From an uncultured Flavobacteriales bacterium (GTDB lineage Bacteria; Bacteroidota; Bacteroidia; Flavobacteriales_D; Crocinitomicaceae): 64,000 nt of DNA. The notes beneath the pieces are model-generated. The model ran no database searches. It saw nothing but the letters and a program-made list of their open reading frames with translations, and was not told where the DNA came from. Location of the stretch: NCBI GenBank assembly GCA_905478665.1, contig CAJQJL010000029.1, positions 240 through 64,239 of the forward strand, given 5' to 3'. The translations under genes and the position numbers were made by a program. Positions 37,919 through 45,859 of this stretch are shown here, piece after piece. Every line of letters starts with the position of its first letter. Position 1 is the stretch's first letter.

Positions 37919-39727
37919 CTATTTTTTAGAGTGAAAAGAAATTGTGAATTCATGAACCATCTTCACATAGGGAATGACCAAGAGAAGCTCCCTCGACAGT
38001 TTTTCTTCACTTTCGAGCGACTGTGTTATGTCCTCTTCCAAGGAATCAAAATCAAAGAAATTCAGGTACTCATTTTCTCGAAAGACATCCAATTCTTTAG
38101 AATATTCCCAATTGGCCTCCTGAAGAATATCATTAAACACTTTTCCGAACGCTGGATCGCCCTTTGACGGGAGGTAATTGACGTCATCAACGAGCCACTC
38201 TTTTCCAATTTCACGAATGAGATTCCTGTCTAATTTATCTTTAACAAAAAAGGTCGTCGGAAGTGTCAATACAAATTCAATAATTCGTTTGTCTAGCAAC
38301 GGGTAGCGATATTCCACGCCATTTCTCTGCCCTTTGGTATACCAATCTTCGCAGCGTTGAGCCAAGTGTTTATATTCGAGAAGGCCAATATGAATTCCTC
38401 TTCTTTTGGTATACGTGGAGCGTTTAATAGGATTCAACTTATTTGAGGGCATCCCTTTTTTTATGTATTTATGTAAGAATGGAGCAGTTTTGAAAATGAG
38501 GTAAGGAATTGTTCTGCTTGGAAAAAAAACATTCCCTACAAGTGAACGCACAAAGGCTTTCTTTTTAGGTAGCGGATGAATTTGAAGATACTTTCCCCAA
38601 TTTCCTCTCCAAAAAAGGTCATATTCCAGATAAGGTTTCCCCATGCTAATAAATTCATCTCCTCCCCAACCACTGAATAGAAGGTTCACGTTCTTTTCGT
38701 TGGCAGCCTTCAGTATGTTTTGCTCAAAAGTTGATTCGCTAGGAGCTCGCCAATCTTTCAAATGTGCGTGGTAGTCATCAATGGTGAAATTTGAGTAAAC
38801 GATTTTAATGTCACTCTTTTCGGCTTGTTGTTGAATGAGCTTGCGTTCATCAAAATTCAACTGATCCGCATCTATTTTGGTATCAGGACTCCAGGTGAAA
38901 CCGAAAAACAGCGCCTGATCTTTATACGCCATTCGGGAAATGGCTGAAACTAGACAAGAATCCAAGCCCCCGCTGATATGCGTTCCTGCTGTATAACGCT
39001 TATCACTTCTGTTGTGAACACTGGAGAGAACGATTTTGCGAAGTTCTTTTATAGCCTCGTCGTAGTTCCATTTTTTTTGTTTGATGCGTTCAGGAAACCA
39101 ATATTTTTTTTGCGTATGACCGTTTACATCAATCTCGGCATAGCTACCTGGTACAATTTTGACAACGTTCTTATTCGGTGTAAAGGCGAAATTCTCTTCA
39201 AAATGATAAAATGAGGAAATGATGTACTCGTGATCGATTTTTTCGTTACCAAAAAGGGCTTTTGTCATTCCCATCGTGTCCGAACTAAAGAAGAGTGCAT
39301 CGTCTTTTGTCGTAAATGAAAGTGGCATAATCCCCACATGGTCTTTTACCAAATAGAATTTGTCACACGAAAAATCGAAAATACAAATGGAAAATGCACC
39401 ATTGAACCCTTCTATAAAAGATAACTTATCGGTTGCAAATTTTGCAGCGATGATCTCTGGTAAGTTTGTTTGATTAGCACCAATACGTTCAGGGTTGTAA
39501 ATTTGTCCTTGAACGATGACAACACGTTCATTTTGTTCGTCAATATACCATGGTTGATATTCAGGGTGCGGAATGCGTGTGTCGCGAAGAAAGAACGTTC
39601 TGAGTCCTTTATAACTAAAGCTGGTTAATTCGGCCTCATCCCAATTGACGCCTGAAAGTAGTTTGTTTAGGGAATCATCCTGATTTTTGGAAAACTCACC
39701 AGTATATGAAACTGCTCCAAGAATCAT
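37919..39727 (-). CDS. Asparagine-synthetase-like lasso peptide cyclase (C protein)
   Basis: 602 aa with PP-loop GTHISGGLDSCLVSAI. The N-terminal Ntn-like domain lacks the catalytic Cys2 (MILGAV...). Its start codon abuts the precursor stop (TAAATG). Confidence 0.85.
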   Translation of the reverse strand: MILGAVSYTGEFSKNQDDSLNKLLSGVNWDEAELTSFSYKGLRTFFLRDTRIPHPEYQPWYIDEQNERVVIVQGQIYNPERIGANQTNLPEIIAAKFATDKLSFIEGFNGAFSICIFDFSCDKFYLVKDHVGIMPLSFTTKDDALFFSSDTMGMTKALFGNEKIDHEYIISSFYHFEENFAFTPNKNVVKIVPGSYAEIDVNGHTQKKYWFPERIKQKKWNYDEAIKELRKIVLSSVHNRSDKRYTAGTHISGGLDSCLVSAISRMAYKDQALFFGFTWSPDTKIDADQLNFDERKLIQQQAEKSDIKIVYSNFTIDDYHAHLKDWRAPSESTFEQNILKAANEKNVNLLFSGWGGDEFISMGKPYLEYDLFWRGNWGKYLQIHPLPKKKAFVRSLVGNVFFPSRTIPYLIFKTAPFLHKYIKKGMPSNKLNPIKRSTYTKRRGIHIGLLEYKHLAQRCEDWYTKGQRNGVEYRYPLLDKRIIEFVLTLPTTFFVKDKLDRNLIREIGKEWLVDDVNYLPSKGDPAFGKVFNDILQEANWEYSKELDVFRENEYLNFFDFDSLEEDITQSLESEEKLSRELLLVIPYVKMVHEFTISFHSKK

Positions 39728-39868
39728 TTAGCTTCCTGGTCCCTTTCCTATTTCTTTTTTGAAAATCCATACCAACCACGAGGTATCCTCCTTTATGTTA
39801 AGGACTTTAACTTCAGGCGTTTTCCACTCTTTTTTTTCAGAGTTTGGTATATTCTTATCTGTATGCAT
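39728..39868 (-). CDS. Candidate lasso peptide precursor (46 aa), not in the ORF track
   Basis: Manual reverse-complement translation gives MHTDKNIPNSEKKEWKTPEVKVLNIKEDTSWLVWIFKKEIGKGPGS*. The leader carries a W-x-x-P-x-V...T-x pattern like the YxxPxL...Tx motif bound by B1 proteins. There is a single acidic residue (E39) in the putative core and a C-terminal Ser. It sits between B2 and C. Confidence 0.6.
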   Translation of the reverse strand: MHTDKNIPNSEKKEWKTPEVKVLNIKEDTSWLVWIFKKEIGKGPGS

Positions 39869-39956
39869 ATGTCTACATCTAATTACGCTAAGTTACGACT
39901 TTTTTTGAGAAGTTGGCGATGACGGTATTCACCTCGTTACTACGGTGTTTTGAATA

Positions 39957-40367
39957 CTAAAACTGGTGTAACTCCACGAAGTCCTGTTCTTTAGGGATGA
40001 TTTCGTGTTCTCCAGCCTTTAGCCAGGCATGCGCAATGAGCTGTTGTTTATCGTTCTTTTTTACCCCTAGAAAAGCCGTTGAACTAATTTTTCGCTTGTT
40101 AAGTATCCATCGACTGGTTAGTGTATTTACAAGGCATGTGTGCTTCCACCAAACCAGTTTGTTTGCTCTGAAAATGGCTTTCTTTATTTCCAAAACTTCT
40201 TGCTCGCTAATTTCCGCTTCATTCCCTTTGTTTTTAAAAAAAGAGGCTACTTTTTTAAAACTAAAAATGAGAAGTAAAAACTTCGAACAATACATTTTGA
40301 AGAGGGTTTCACGAAAAAGGGCGCGTTCCTTCCGCTCAAGCTGATAATATTTTCGAAGATTACCCAT
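39957..40367 (-). CDS. Transglutaminase-like lasso leader peptidase (B2 protein)
   Basis: From Met at 40367 (MGNLRKYY...; ATGGGTAA overlap with the kinase stop) the protein is 136 aa. The Cys in WKHTCLVNTLTSRWIL and His in LIAHAWLKAGEHEI fit the B2 catalytic Cys/His pattern. Confidence 0.8.
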   Translation of the reverse strand: MGNLRKYYQLERKERALFRETLFKMYCSKFLLLIFSFKKVASFFKNKGNEAEISEQEVLEIKKAIFRANKLVWWKHTCLVNTLTSRWILNKRKISSTAFLGVKKNDKQQLIAHAWLKAGEHEIIPKEQDFVELHQF

Positions 40368-41202
40368 TTGTTTGAGGTTTGACGATAAGCGATTCAATCT
40401 TGTCAAGAAAAGCTGGATAGTCCAGTCTCTCTGGCCTTGTAACGGCAAAAATCGGAGTGGATTCGCACAGTTTGACCAGAAGAGCAAAATAACGTTCTTG
40501 CGTGGAAGGCATGCCTTGAAGATATTCTTTCCGATAGATCTGATTCAACATCGTATGGAATTTTTCTGCACCTTTTAGTTCTTCCACAGTGAGTTCTTTA
40601 CTGTTGTCATAGCTCAAAAGAATGATCGAGCCTAGCGAATGTAGGCTTTTGTCGCGATCCATCTTTATGAAATATTTGTCCATTTGATTCTGAACGGGGG
40701 AGACAACAGCGTCGTCTAATTCGAGTTTTTTCACACTATCTCCCCACAACTTAATACTGTCAGAAATCGGAGAAATCAAAAGCTCATTTTCGCTTTCAAT
40801 AATTGGAGTAATGTCATCCGTTAAAAAATGGGCACCTTTCTTACAGAATGATGCGGTCAATGTCGATTTTCCCGCTCCTGAAGCACCACATACAAGAACA
40901 CCCGTGTCATTATATAGAAAACTACTCCCATGGATGGCCAGTCGCGCTTTTTGGTGGAATAGGGCGCCCAATACTGATCCGTTGAGGTAGAGTTCAATCG
41001 ACTTCGGATCAGGGTTTCCAATTGGAGCAACCAGAACCTGTTCACCCTCACGCGCATAAAAGCGCGCAACATCTTCAATTGTAAGTAAAAATTCCCGTTC
41101 GTTTAATTGGGCATATGCGTCTTGAAAAAGTACTTCGCTTATTTCTGGTACTTTTTTTACCAGATCGATCTCAATAGCATCAAGTAAGAATCGAAGGTTC
41201 AT
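40360..41202 (-). CDS. HPr-kinase-like serine kinase (lasso precursor kinase candidate)
   Basis: 280 aa with LAIHGSSF...GVLVCGASGAGKSTLT...FLTDDITPI, which is the HprK C-terminal-domain P-loop pattern. It starts 5 nt after the wzc stop. Confidence 0.75.
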   Translation of the reverse strand: MNLRFLLDAIEIDLVKKVPEISEVLFQDAYAQLNEREFLLTIEDVARFYAREGEQVLVAPIGNPDPKSIELYLNGSVLGALFHQKARLAIHGSSFLYNDTGVLVCGASGAGKSTLTASFCKKGAHFLTDDITPIIESENELLISPISDSIKLWGDSVKKLELDDAVVSPVQNQMDKYFIKMDRDKSLHSLGSIILLSYDNSKELTVEELKGAEKFHTMLNQIYRKEYLQGMPSTQERYFALLVKLCESTPIFAVTRPERLDYPAFLDKIESLIVKPQTNG

Positions 41203-41207
41203 ATCTT

Positions 41208-43589
41208 TTAGGAACGGCGCTTGAATAATTTAGAGTGCCATTTGGTCTTTTCTTGCACACCATATCCATATCCATAGCCGTAACCGTATCCATATCTGCC
41301 AGAGGAACTTGTTTCAACCGCATTAATAACAACTCCAATATTTTTGACCTTGCCCTCGTCTCTCAATTGTTCGGGTATAGCGAGCAACTTCTTCTCGATG
41401 TAATTTGCACGTGCAACATAGATAAACGCATCGGCAAGGTTACTAACAAGTAGGGTGTCTGTTACCAAGCCCACGGGCGCCGTATCCACGATAATAATGT
41501 CAAAATTTTCTTTCAGATATGCGAAGAGTTGTTGGATTTCATCGCGCATCAAAATTTCTGCAGGGTTGGGTGGTGTAACTCCAGATGATAGGAAGTATAA
41601 ACCTTCTGTTACAGGCGAGGGCACAAATAAGGAATCAATGGGTAGTGAATCATCAAGCACGTAGTCTGTGACACCTTTGCTTTTTGGAAGACCAGCATAC
41701 TCAAACAATTTTGGGGCACGTAAGTCAAGTTCAACACAGACTGTTTTTTTACCAGTTAGCGCATAAGATGTACCGAGGTTCAGAGCAACAAATGATTTAC
41801 CTTCTTTTGCAATGGTAGATGTTGTAAGAATGATCTTCCCTGCTCCAGTATCTGAACCAAGAACAAAGCTTGTATTTGTTCTAAGAATACGAAATGCCTC
41901 CGCAGCTGAAGTTGTATTCCCCTTTGAAATCACAAGTTTTTGACTGCCATCTACTTTTGGGATATTTGCCAAATGAGGGAGATTATGTTTTTCCAAATCT
42001 TCTCGGCCTTTGACCTTATTGTCTAGTAGGTCACGAAGATAAATGGAAGAGAACGGAATAAACAGCCCGAAGAATATTGCCAATGCGTAGTGTATTTTTT
42101 TGTTGGGAGATGTTGCTTTTCCATTGCTGAATGCTGATTCAATGATTTTTGAATTCCCCTCCGTTACGGCTGATGCGATTTCGTTCTCTTCACGTTTTTG
42201 CAACAAGTAAACGTAGAGCGATTCCTTTACAAGCTGCTGTCGTTCAATTGAACGTAATACACGCTTGTGCTTTGGCAGATTTGCGATGTCTTGACCAAGA
42301 CCAGTGTCCATGGCACGTAAAACATCAACCTCCATTTTTAGTGAAGATTTGAGATTTATTAAACTCGCATTTAGACTTGATTTGATGCTCTGAAGGTCAC
42401 TTTCCACTTTTATTACTGCTGGGTTCCGCCCACTGGACTGACTCAGCAAGCGCTTTTTTTCAAGAGCCAATTTATTGTATTCATGCGCCGCATCGTTAAT
42501 TGAAATATCCTCAAAACCTAAATTGGTCGGCAATAGGTTGTCATTTCCATGCTGTTCTATGAGGTATTCATGCAGAAAGTTGACTAGCTCTAGTTGGATT
42601 TGAGCATCAATTAATTTCTTTTCATTCACGAGTGTACGATCGTAAAGTGATTTCTCATTCATTAGAATATCAGAGAAATCATATTGGGTCATGTATTTTT
42701 CTCCGTCAATTTCAACGTCTGAAAGTTCATCCGCAATAGCTCCTATTCGTTCATTAATAAATGTGGTAGTATTTTTGTATACTGCTTTTTGATCTCGAAT
42801 CGTCCGTTCGGTGTGCTCGATTATTAAGGTGTCGAGAAAATCGTTGTTCTTTTCAATTACAGGTCCGCTGATGCTCAATTGGAGAATATCAACGTTCTCA
42901 TTCATCGGTTCAATTTTTAATTTCGATTGAAAAATACTAACGGTAGTTTCTATCGGAACCATGGTAACCGCAATTTGAATTGATCCATGTTTTGCCTTAT
43001 AGAAATCAGTTTTGTGGATGTAGAATTTTCCTATTGAAGCTTGCAAAGTGTCACCAAAAGAGTAGGTTTTATTTCCAAAGGTTTTGGAATCAATGAACTT
43101 GAATGATTTTGCATTGAGAACCTCGATATTGAAAGTGGTGGTTGTCTTTAATTCAAGCGAATCATTTAGACGAATAATTTCTATAGGCGAATTTTTATAA
43201 AATTCCTTACGTTCAATACCCGTCTTCGAACCGATGAGGTAATATTGGGTATTCAGGTCGAGCTTTTCAATAACGCTACGGAGTAAAGGTCTGGAGCTTA
43301 AAACTTCCCGTTCGTTATAAAGGTTGTTGTACCTGCCAATACCATCAAACATACCAAGATCTTGAAACGCTGACAGCTCTGAGTAAGCACCCGTCTTTTC
43401 AAATTGAATCAACAATTTTGTTTTTGATTCATAGATTTTGGGTGTATATCGCAAAACAAAGAATGCAACTGTCAGGGTGGTAAGCAACGAAAGTGCAAAC
43501 CATTTCCAGCGAGAGGTATATTTTAGTAGTAGCTCCCTTAAATTAAGCTCGTCATCGAACTCGTGATTTTTTTCTCGTTTACTCCCCAA
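41208..43589 (-). CDS. wzc: Polysaccharide co-polymerase / tyrosine autokinase (Wzc/PCP-2a)
   Basis: 793 aa with the two-TM Wzz-like domain and coiled coils. Cytoplasmic P-loop TSTIAKEGKSFVALNLG with IIIVDTAP, and a C-terminal Tyr cluster RYGYGYGYGYGYG. Confidence 0.88.
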   Translation of the reverse strand: MGSKREKNHEFDDELNLRELLLKYTSRWKWFALSLLTTLTVAFFVLRYTPKIYESKTKLLIQFEKTGAYSELSAFQDLGMFDGIGRYNNLYNEREVLSSRPLLRSVIEKLDLNTQYYLIGSKTGIERKEFYKNSPIEIIRLNDSLELKTTTTFNIEVLNAKSFKFIDSKTFGNKTYSFGDTLQASIGKFYIHKTDFYKAKHGSIQIAVTMVPIETTVSIFQSKLKIEPMNENVDILQLSISGPVIEKNNDFLDTLIIEHTERTIRDQKAVYKNTTTFINERIGAIADELSDVEIDGEKYMTQYDFSDILMNEKSLYDRTLVNEKKLIDAQIQLELVNFLHEYLIEQHGNDNLLPTNLGFEDISINDAAHEYNKLALEKKRLLSQSSGRNPAVIKVESDLQSIKSSLNASLINLKSSLKMEVDVLRAMDTGLGQDIANLPKHKRVLRSIERQQLVKESLYVYLLQKREENEIASAVTEGNSKIIESAFSNGKATSPNKKIHYALAIFFGLFIPFSSIYLRDLLDNKVKGREDLEKHNLPHLANIPKVDGSQKLVISKGNTTSAAEAFRILRTNTSFVLGSDTGAGKIILTTSTIAKEGKSFVALNLGTSYALTGKKTVCVELDLRAPKLFEYAGLPKSKGVTDYVLDDSLPIDSLFVPSPVTEGLYFLSSGVTPPNPAEILMRDEIQQLFAYLKENFDIIIVDTAPVGLVTDTLLVSNLADAFIYVARANYIEKKLLAIPEQLRDEGKVKNIGVVINAVETSSSGRYGYGYGYGYGYGVQEKTKWHSKLFKRRS

Positions 43590-43592
43590 AAT

Positions 43593-44387
43593 TTATTTAA
43601 CAATTAGCACCAGCGTCGATACGATCAACGAGGTCGCAGAAATGACTATTCCCCCTGCTGAACGCAGAATGGACGCATCATATCGCGCTTTTCTATTCGG
43701 TTCTACGTAAACTACGTCATTCTGTTTCAAATAGTACACGGGAGATTGGAAAATTGCCGTAGTTGTAAGGTCGATTCGATATTCTTTTCTTTCACCGTTT
43801 TCATGTCGAATGACCAGCACATTCTTGCGTTCTCCTGTTATTTTTAAATCTTTTGCAATTCCAATAGCTTCAAGAATTGAGAGTCGTTCATTGGGAACAG
43901 AAAACGTCCCAGGGTTTTTTACTTCACCAAGCACTGTGATTTTAAAGTTGAGTATTCGTAGCGAGACACTAGGGGAATCGAGATATTCTCCAACAACTCT
44001 TTCAACTTCTTTTACCGCTGCATTACGATTTAAGCCCGCAAGTTTCACCTTCCCTACAATGGGAAGTGAAACCGTACTGTCTGGAGCAACCAAATAACCA
44101 TAAGTCGCGGGAATTCCATTTTCGTACGAACCTATTTGATTTCCTTGTCTCACAAGTTCTGCTTGGTTGAAAGGAGCCGCGATTTCATGATCAGCACCCG
44201 TTATTTCAATGGAAAGAACGTCTCCAATTTCTAAATGTGGTGTAAGGTATTGATCAATGTTTTCAATGCTACCATCTCCCGCCTGAAAATAAACAAGCTT
44301 TTTACGATTAACACAAGATCCAAAGATTAGAGGCGCGATCAGTAGTAGAGTGATCATCATTCTCGTACTTGACATAGTTATCAACAT
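43593..44387 (-). CDS. wza: Polysaccharide export outer-membrane lipoprotein (Wza/OPX)
   Basis: Poly_export pattern (GDVLSIEI...) followed by an SLBB-like domain (ITVLGEVKNPG), with lipobox LIFGSC. The ORF-track start (44444) would leave 8 bp to the divergent wbaP, so an internal Met (44387/44375/44360) is more plausible. Confidence 0.82.
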   Translation of the reverse strand: MLITMSSTRMMITLLLIAPLIFGSCVNRKKLVYFQAGDGSIENIDQYLTPHLEIGDVLSIEITGADHEIAAPFNQAELVRQGNQIGSYENGIPATYGYLVAPDSTVSLPIVGKVKLAGLNRNAAVKEVERVVGEYLDSPSVSLRILNFKITVLGEVKNPGTFSVPNERLSILEAIGIAKDLKITGERKNVLVIRHENGERKEYRIDLTTTAIFQSPVYYLKQNDVVYVEPNRKARYDASILRSAGGIVISATSLIVSTLVLIVK

Positions 44388-44400
44388 TTTAATGTAAAAC

Positions 44401-44408
44401 CAAAAATA
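44401..44408 (-). promoter_or_regulatory. Candidate -7 box TATTTTTG for wza-wzc (and possibly the lasso operon)
   Basis: Plus-strand CAAAAATA is minus-strand TATTTTTG (TAnnTTTG), 14 nt upstream of the internal Met at 44387. Confidence 0.3.
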
Positions 44409-44452
44409 GTAGAATAATCCACGGTAAGGTAAATCTTCATACATTTATCACG

Positions 44453-45859
44453 ATGGTCAATCGTAAGATACGGAATTTCGTCGCACGAATGGTGCGTCAC
44501 ACCAAAATCTTGCTGCTACTGATGGACATCGTTGTTTTGAACGTGTCTTTCTTTGCGGCAATATTGATCCGTTTTGGAAAATTGGATGTGGCGTATTTCA
44601 ACGAGTACATGCGGTTATTACTTCTAGGAAATGTACTTTGGATTCTTCTGATAGGTGTTTTTGACGCCTACAAAATAATGCGTTTTGAGCCAGTAGAAGC
44701 GACATTGAAACGTACCTTCAAGATGGTACTCACGCATCTCCCGCTATTTATATTGATGACGTATATCCTTGATTTTAGAGATTCTTCAAGGTTCGTTTTC
44801 TTCATTTTCTTTTTACTCTTCATCGTGGGTATAGTTATGTATAGAATTGTTCTCTTTGAAGTGCTTAAATATTTGAGAAGGCGTGGTGTCAACCACAAGT
44901 TTGTGGCTATTGTAGGTTATAATAACAATGCAAAGGACATCTATGAGGTGCTAACATCTGATATTGCTTACGGATACCGTGTAATGGGATTTTTTACTGA
45001 TGCAGAGGTGAATCCGAATGAGATTCGGTATATCGGGAATATTGACTCTATCGAACAAGAGCTTCAGAAAGGGAGAATTGAGGAGTTGTACATTGCACTG
45101 GCAACAACTAACGCGAGGCGAGTAAAAGGAATTTTCAAATTGTGCGACCGATACGGCGTACGTGTAAAGATAATTCCTGACTTCCAGAAGTATACCTCTG
45201 CCCATCGCGTTCAGATTCGATACTACAGTCATGTGCCCGTTCTTAGAATGCGCCGTGAACCACTGGCCTATTTTTCAAATCAGGTGATTAAAAGGGCCTT
45301 CGACATTATTTTTTCACTGATTATAATCTTGGGAGTACTGACATGGCTATTTCCAATTGTAGCGATCGCTGTTAAATTGACATCAAAAGGCCCTGTACTT
45401 TTTAAGCAAAAGCGTTCAGGGGTAGATGGTGAAATCTTCACGTGCTATAAGATTCGAACAATGGTTGTTGACGGTGATTTTAATGAAAAAGGTACAATGA
45501 AAAACGATCCAAGGGTTACGCGTTTAGGGCGTTTTTTACGAAAATCAAAAATTGACGAGCTTCCTCAGTTTGTGAATGTATTGGTTGGAACAATGTCTGT
45601 TGTCGGGCCGCGTCCACACATGTTAATTCATACTGAGAAGTATTCGGAAATGATTAATGAGTTTAATGTTCGGCATTACGTGAAGCCAGGCATTACAGGT
45701 TGGGCACAGACTGTTGGTTTTATCGATTCTTCTCAGAAGCTCAAAGAGATGAAAAACAAAGTAAACAATGACATCTGGTACATTGAAAATTGGTCCTTCC
45801 TTCTTGATCTTAAGATTATTTTGAATACGACATTCGCCATTTTTAAAAAAGAAGATTAA
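44453..45859 (+). CDS. Undecaprenyl-phosphate hexose-1-phosphate transferase (WbaP-type initiating sugar transferase)
   Basis: 468 aa with N-terminal TM bundle. C-terminal bacterial sugar transferase domain: KRAFDIIFSL...GPVLFKQKRSG...DELPQFVNVLVGTMSVVGPRP. Confidence 0.88.
   Translation: MVNRKIRNFVARMVRHTKILLLLMDIVVLNVSFFAAILIRFGKLDVAYFNEYMRLLLLGNVLWILLIGVFDAYKIMRFEPVEATLKRTFKMVLTHLPLFILMTYILDFRDSSRFVFFIFFLLFIVGIVMYRIVLFEVLKYLRRRGVNHKFVAIVGYNNNAKDIYEVLTSDIAYGYRVMGFFTDAEVNPNEIRYIGNIDSIEQELQKGRIEELYIALATTNARRVKGIFKLCDRYGVRVKIIPDFQKYTSAHRVQIRYYSHVPVLRMRREPLAYFSNQVIKRAFDIIFSLIIILGVLTWLFPIVAIAVKLTSKGPVLFKQKRSGVDGEIFTCYKIRTMVVDGDFNEKGTMKNDPRVTRLGRFLRKSKIDELPQFVNVLVGTMSVVGPRPHMLIHTEKYSEMINEFNVRHYVKPGITGWAQTVGFIDSSQKLKEMKNKVNNDIWYIENWSFLLDLKIILNTTFAIFKKED

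Noticed and set aside
39925-39957. 7-bp stem (GTATTCA / TGAATAC) between B2 and the precursor, considered as an attenuator or terminator
   Set aside because: It has a long 19-nt loop and no following U-run on the minus-strand transcript, and one arm overlaps the B2 stop codon. The evidence is too weak to call.
39997-40344. 115-aa plus-strand ORF inside the lasso region
   Set aside because: It is antisense to the well-supported B2 gene, has no recognisable motif, and is Ser/Phe/Leu-rich shadow sequence.
40368-40487. N-terminal 40-codon extension of the B2 protease ORF (track start 40487)
   Set aside because: It would overlap the kinase gene by 128 nt. The Met at 40367 gives the common ATGGGTAA stop/start overlap and a typical B2 length.
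41260-41296. Repetitive DNA encoding the GYGYGYGYGYG tail of Wzc, considered as a phase-variable microsatellite
   Set aside because: The codons are mixed (ccatat / ccatag / ccgtaa / ccgtat), so this is not a perfect tandem DNA repeat. A Tyr cluster is the normal autophosphorylation tail of Wzc kinases.
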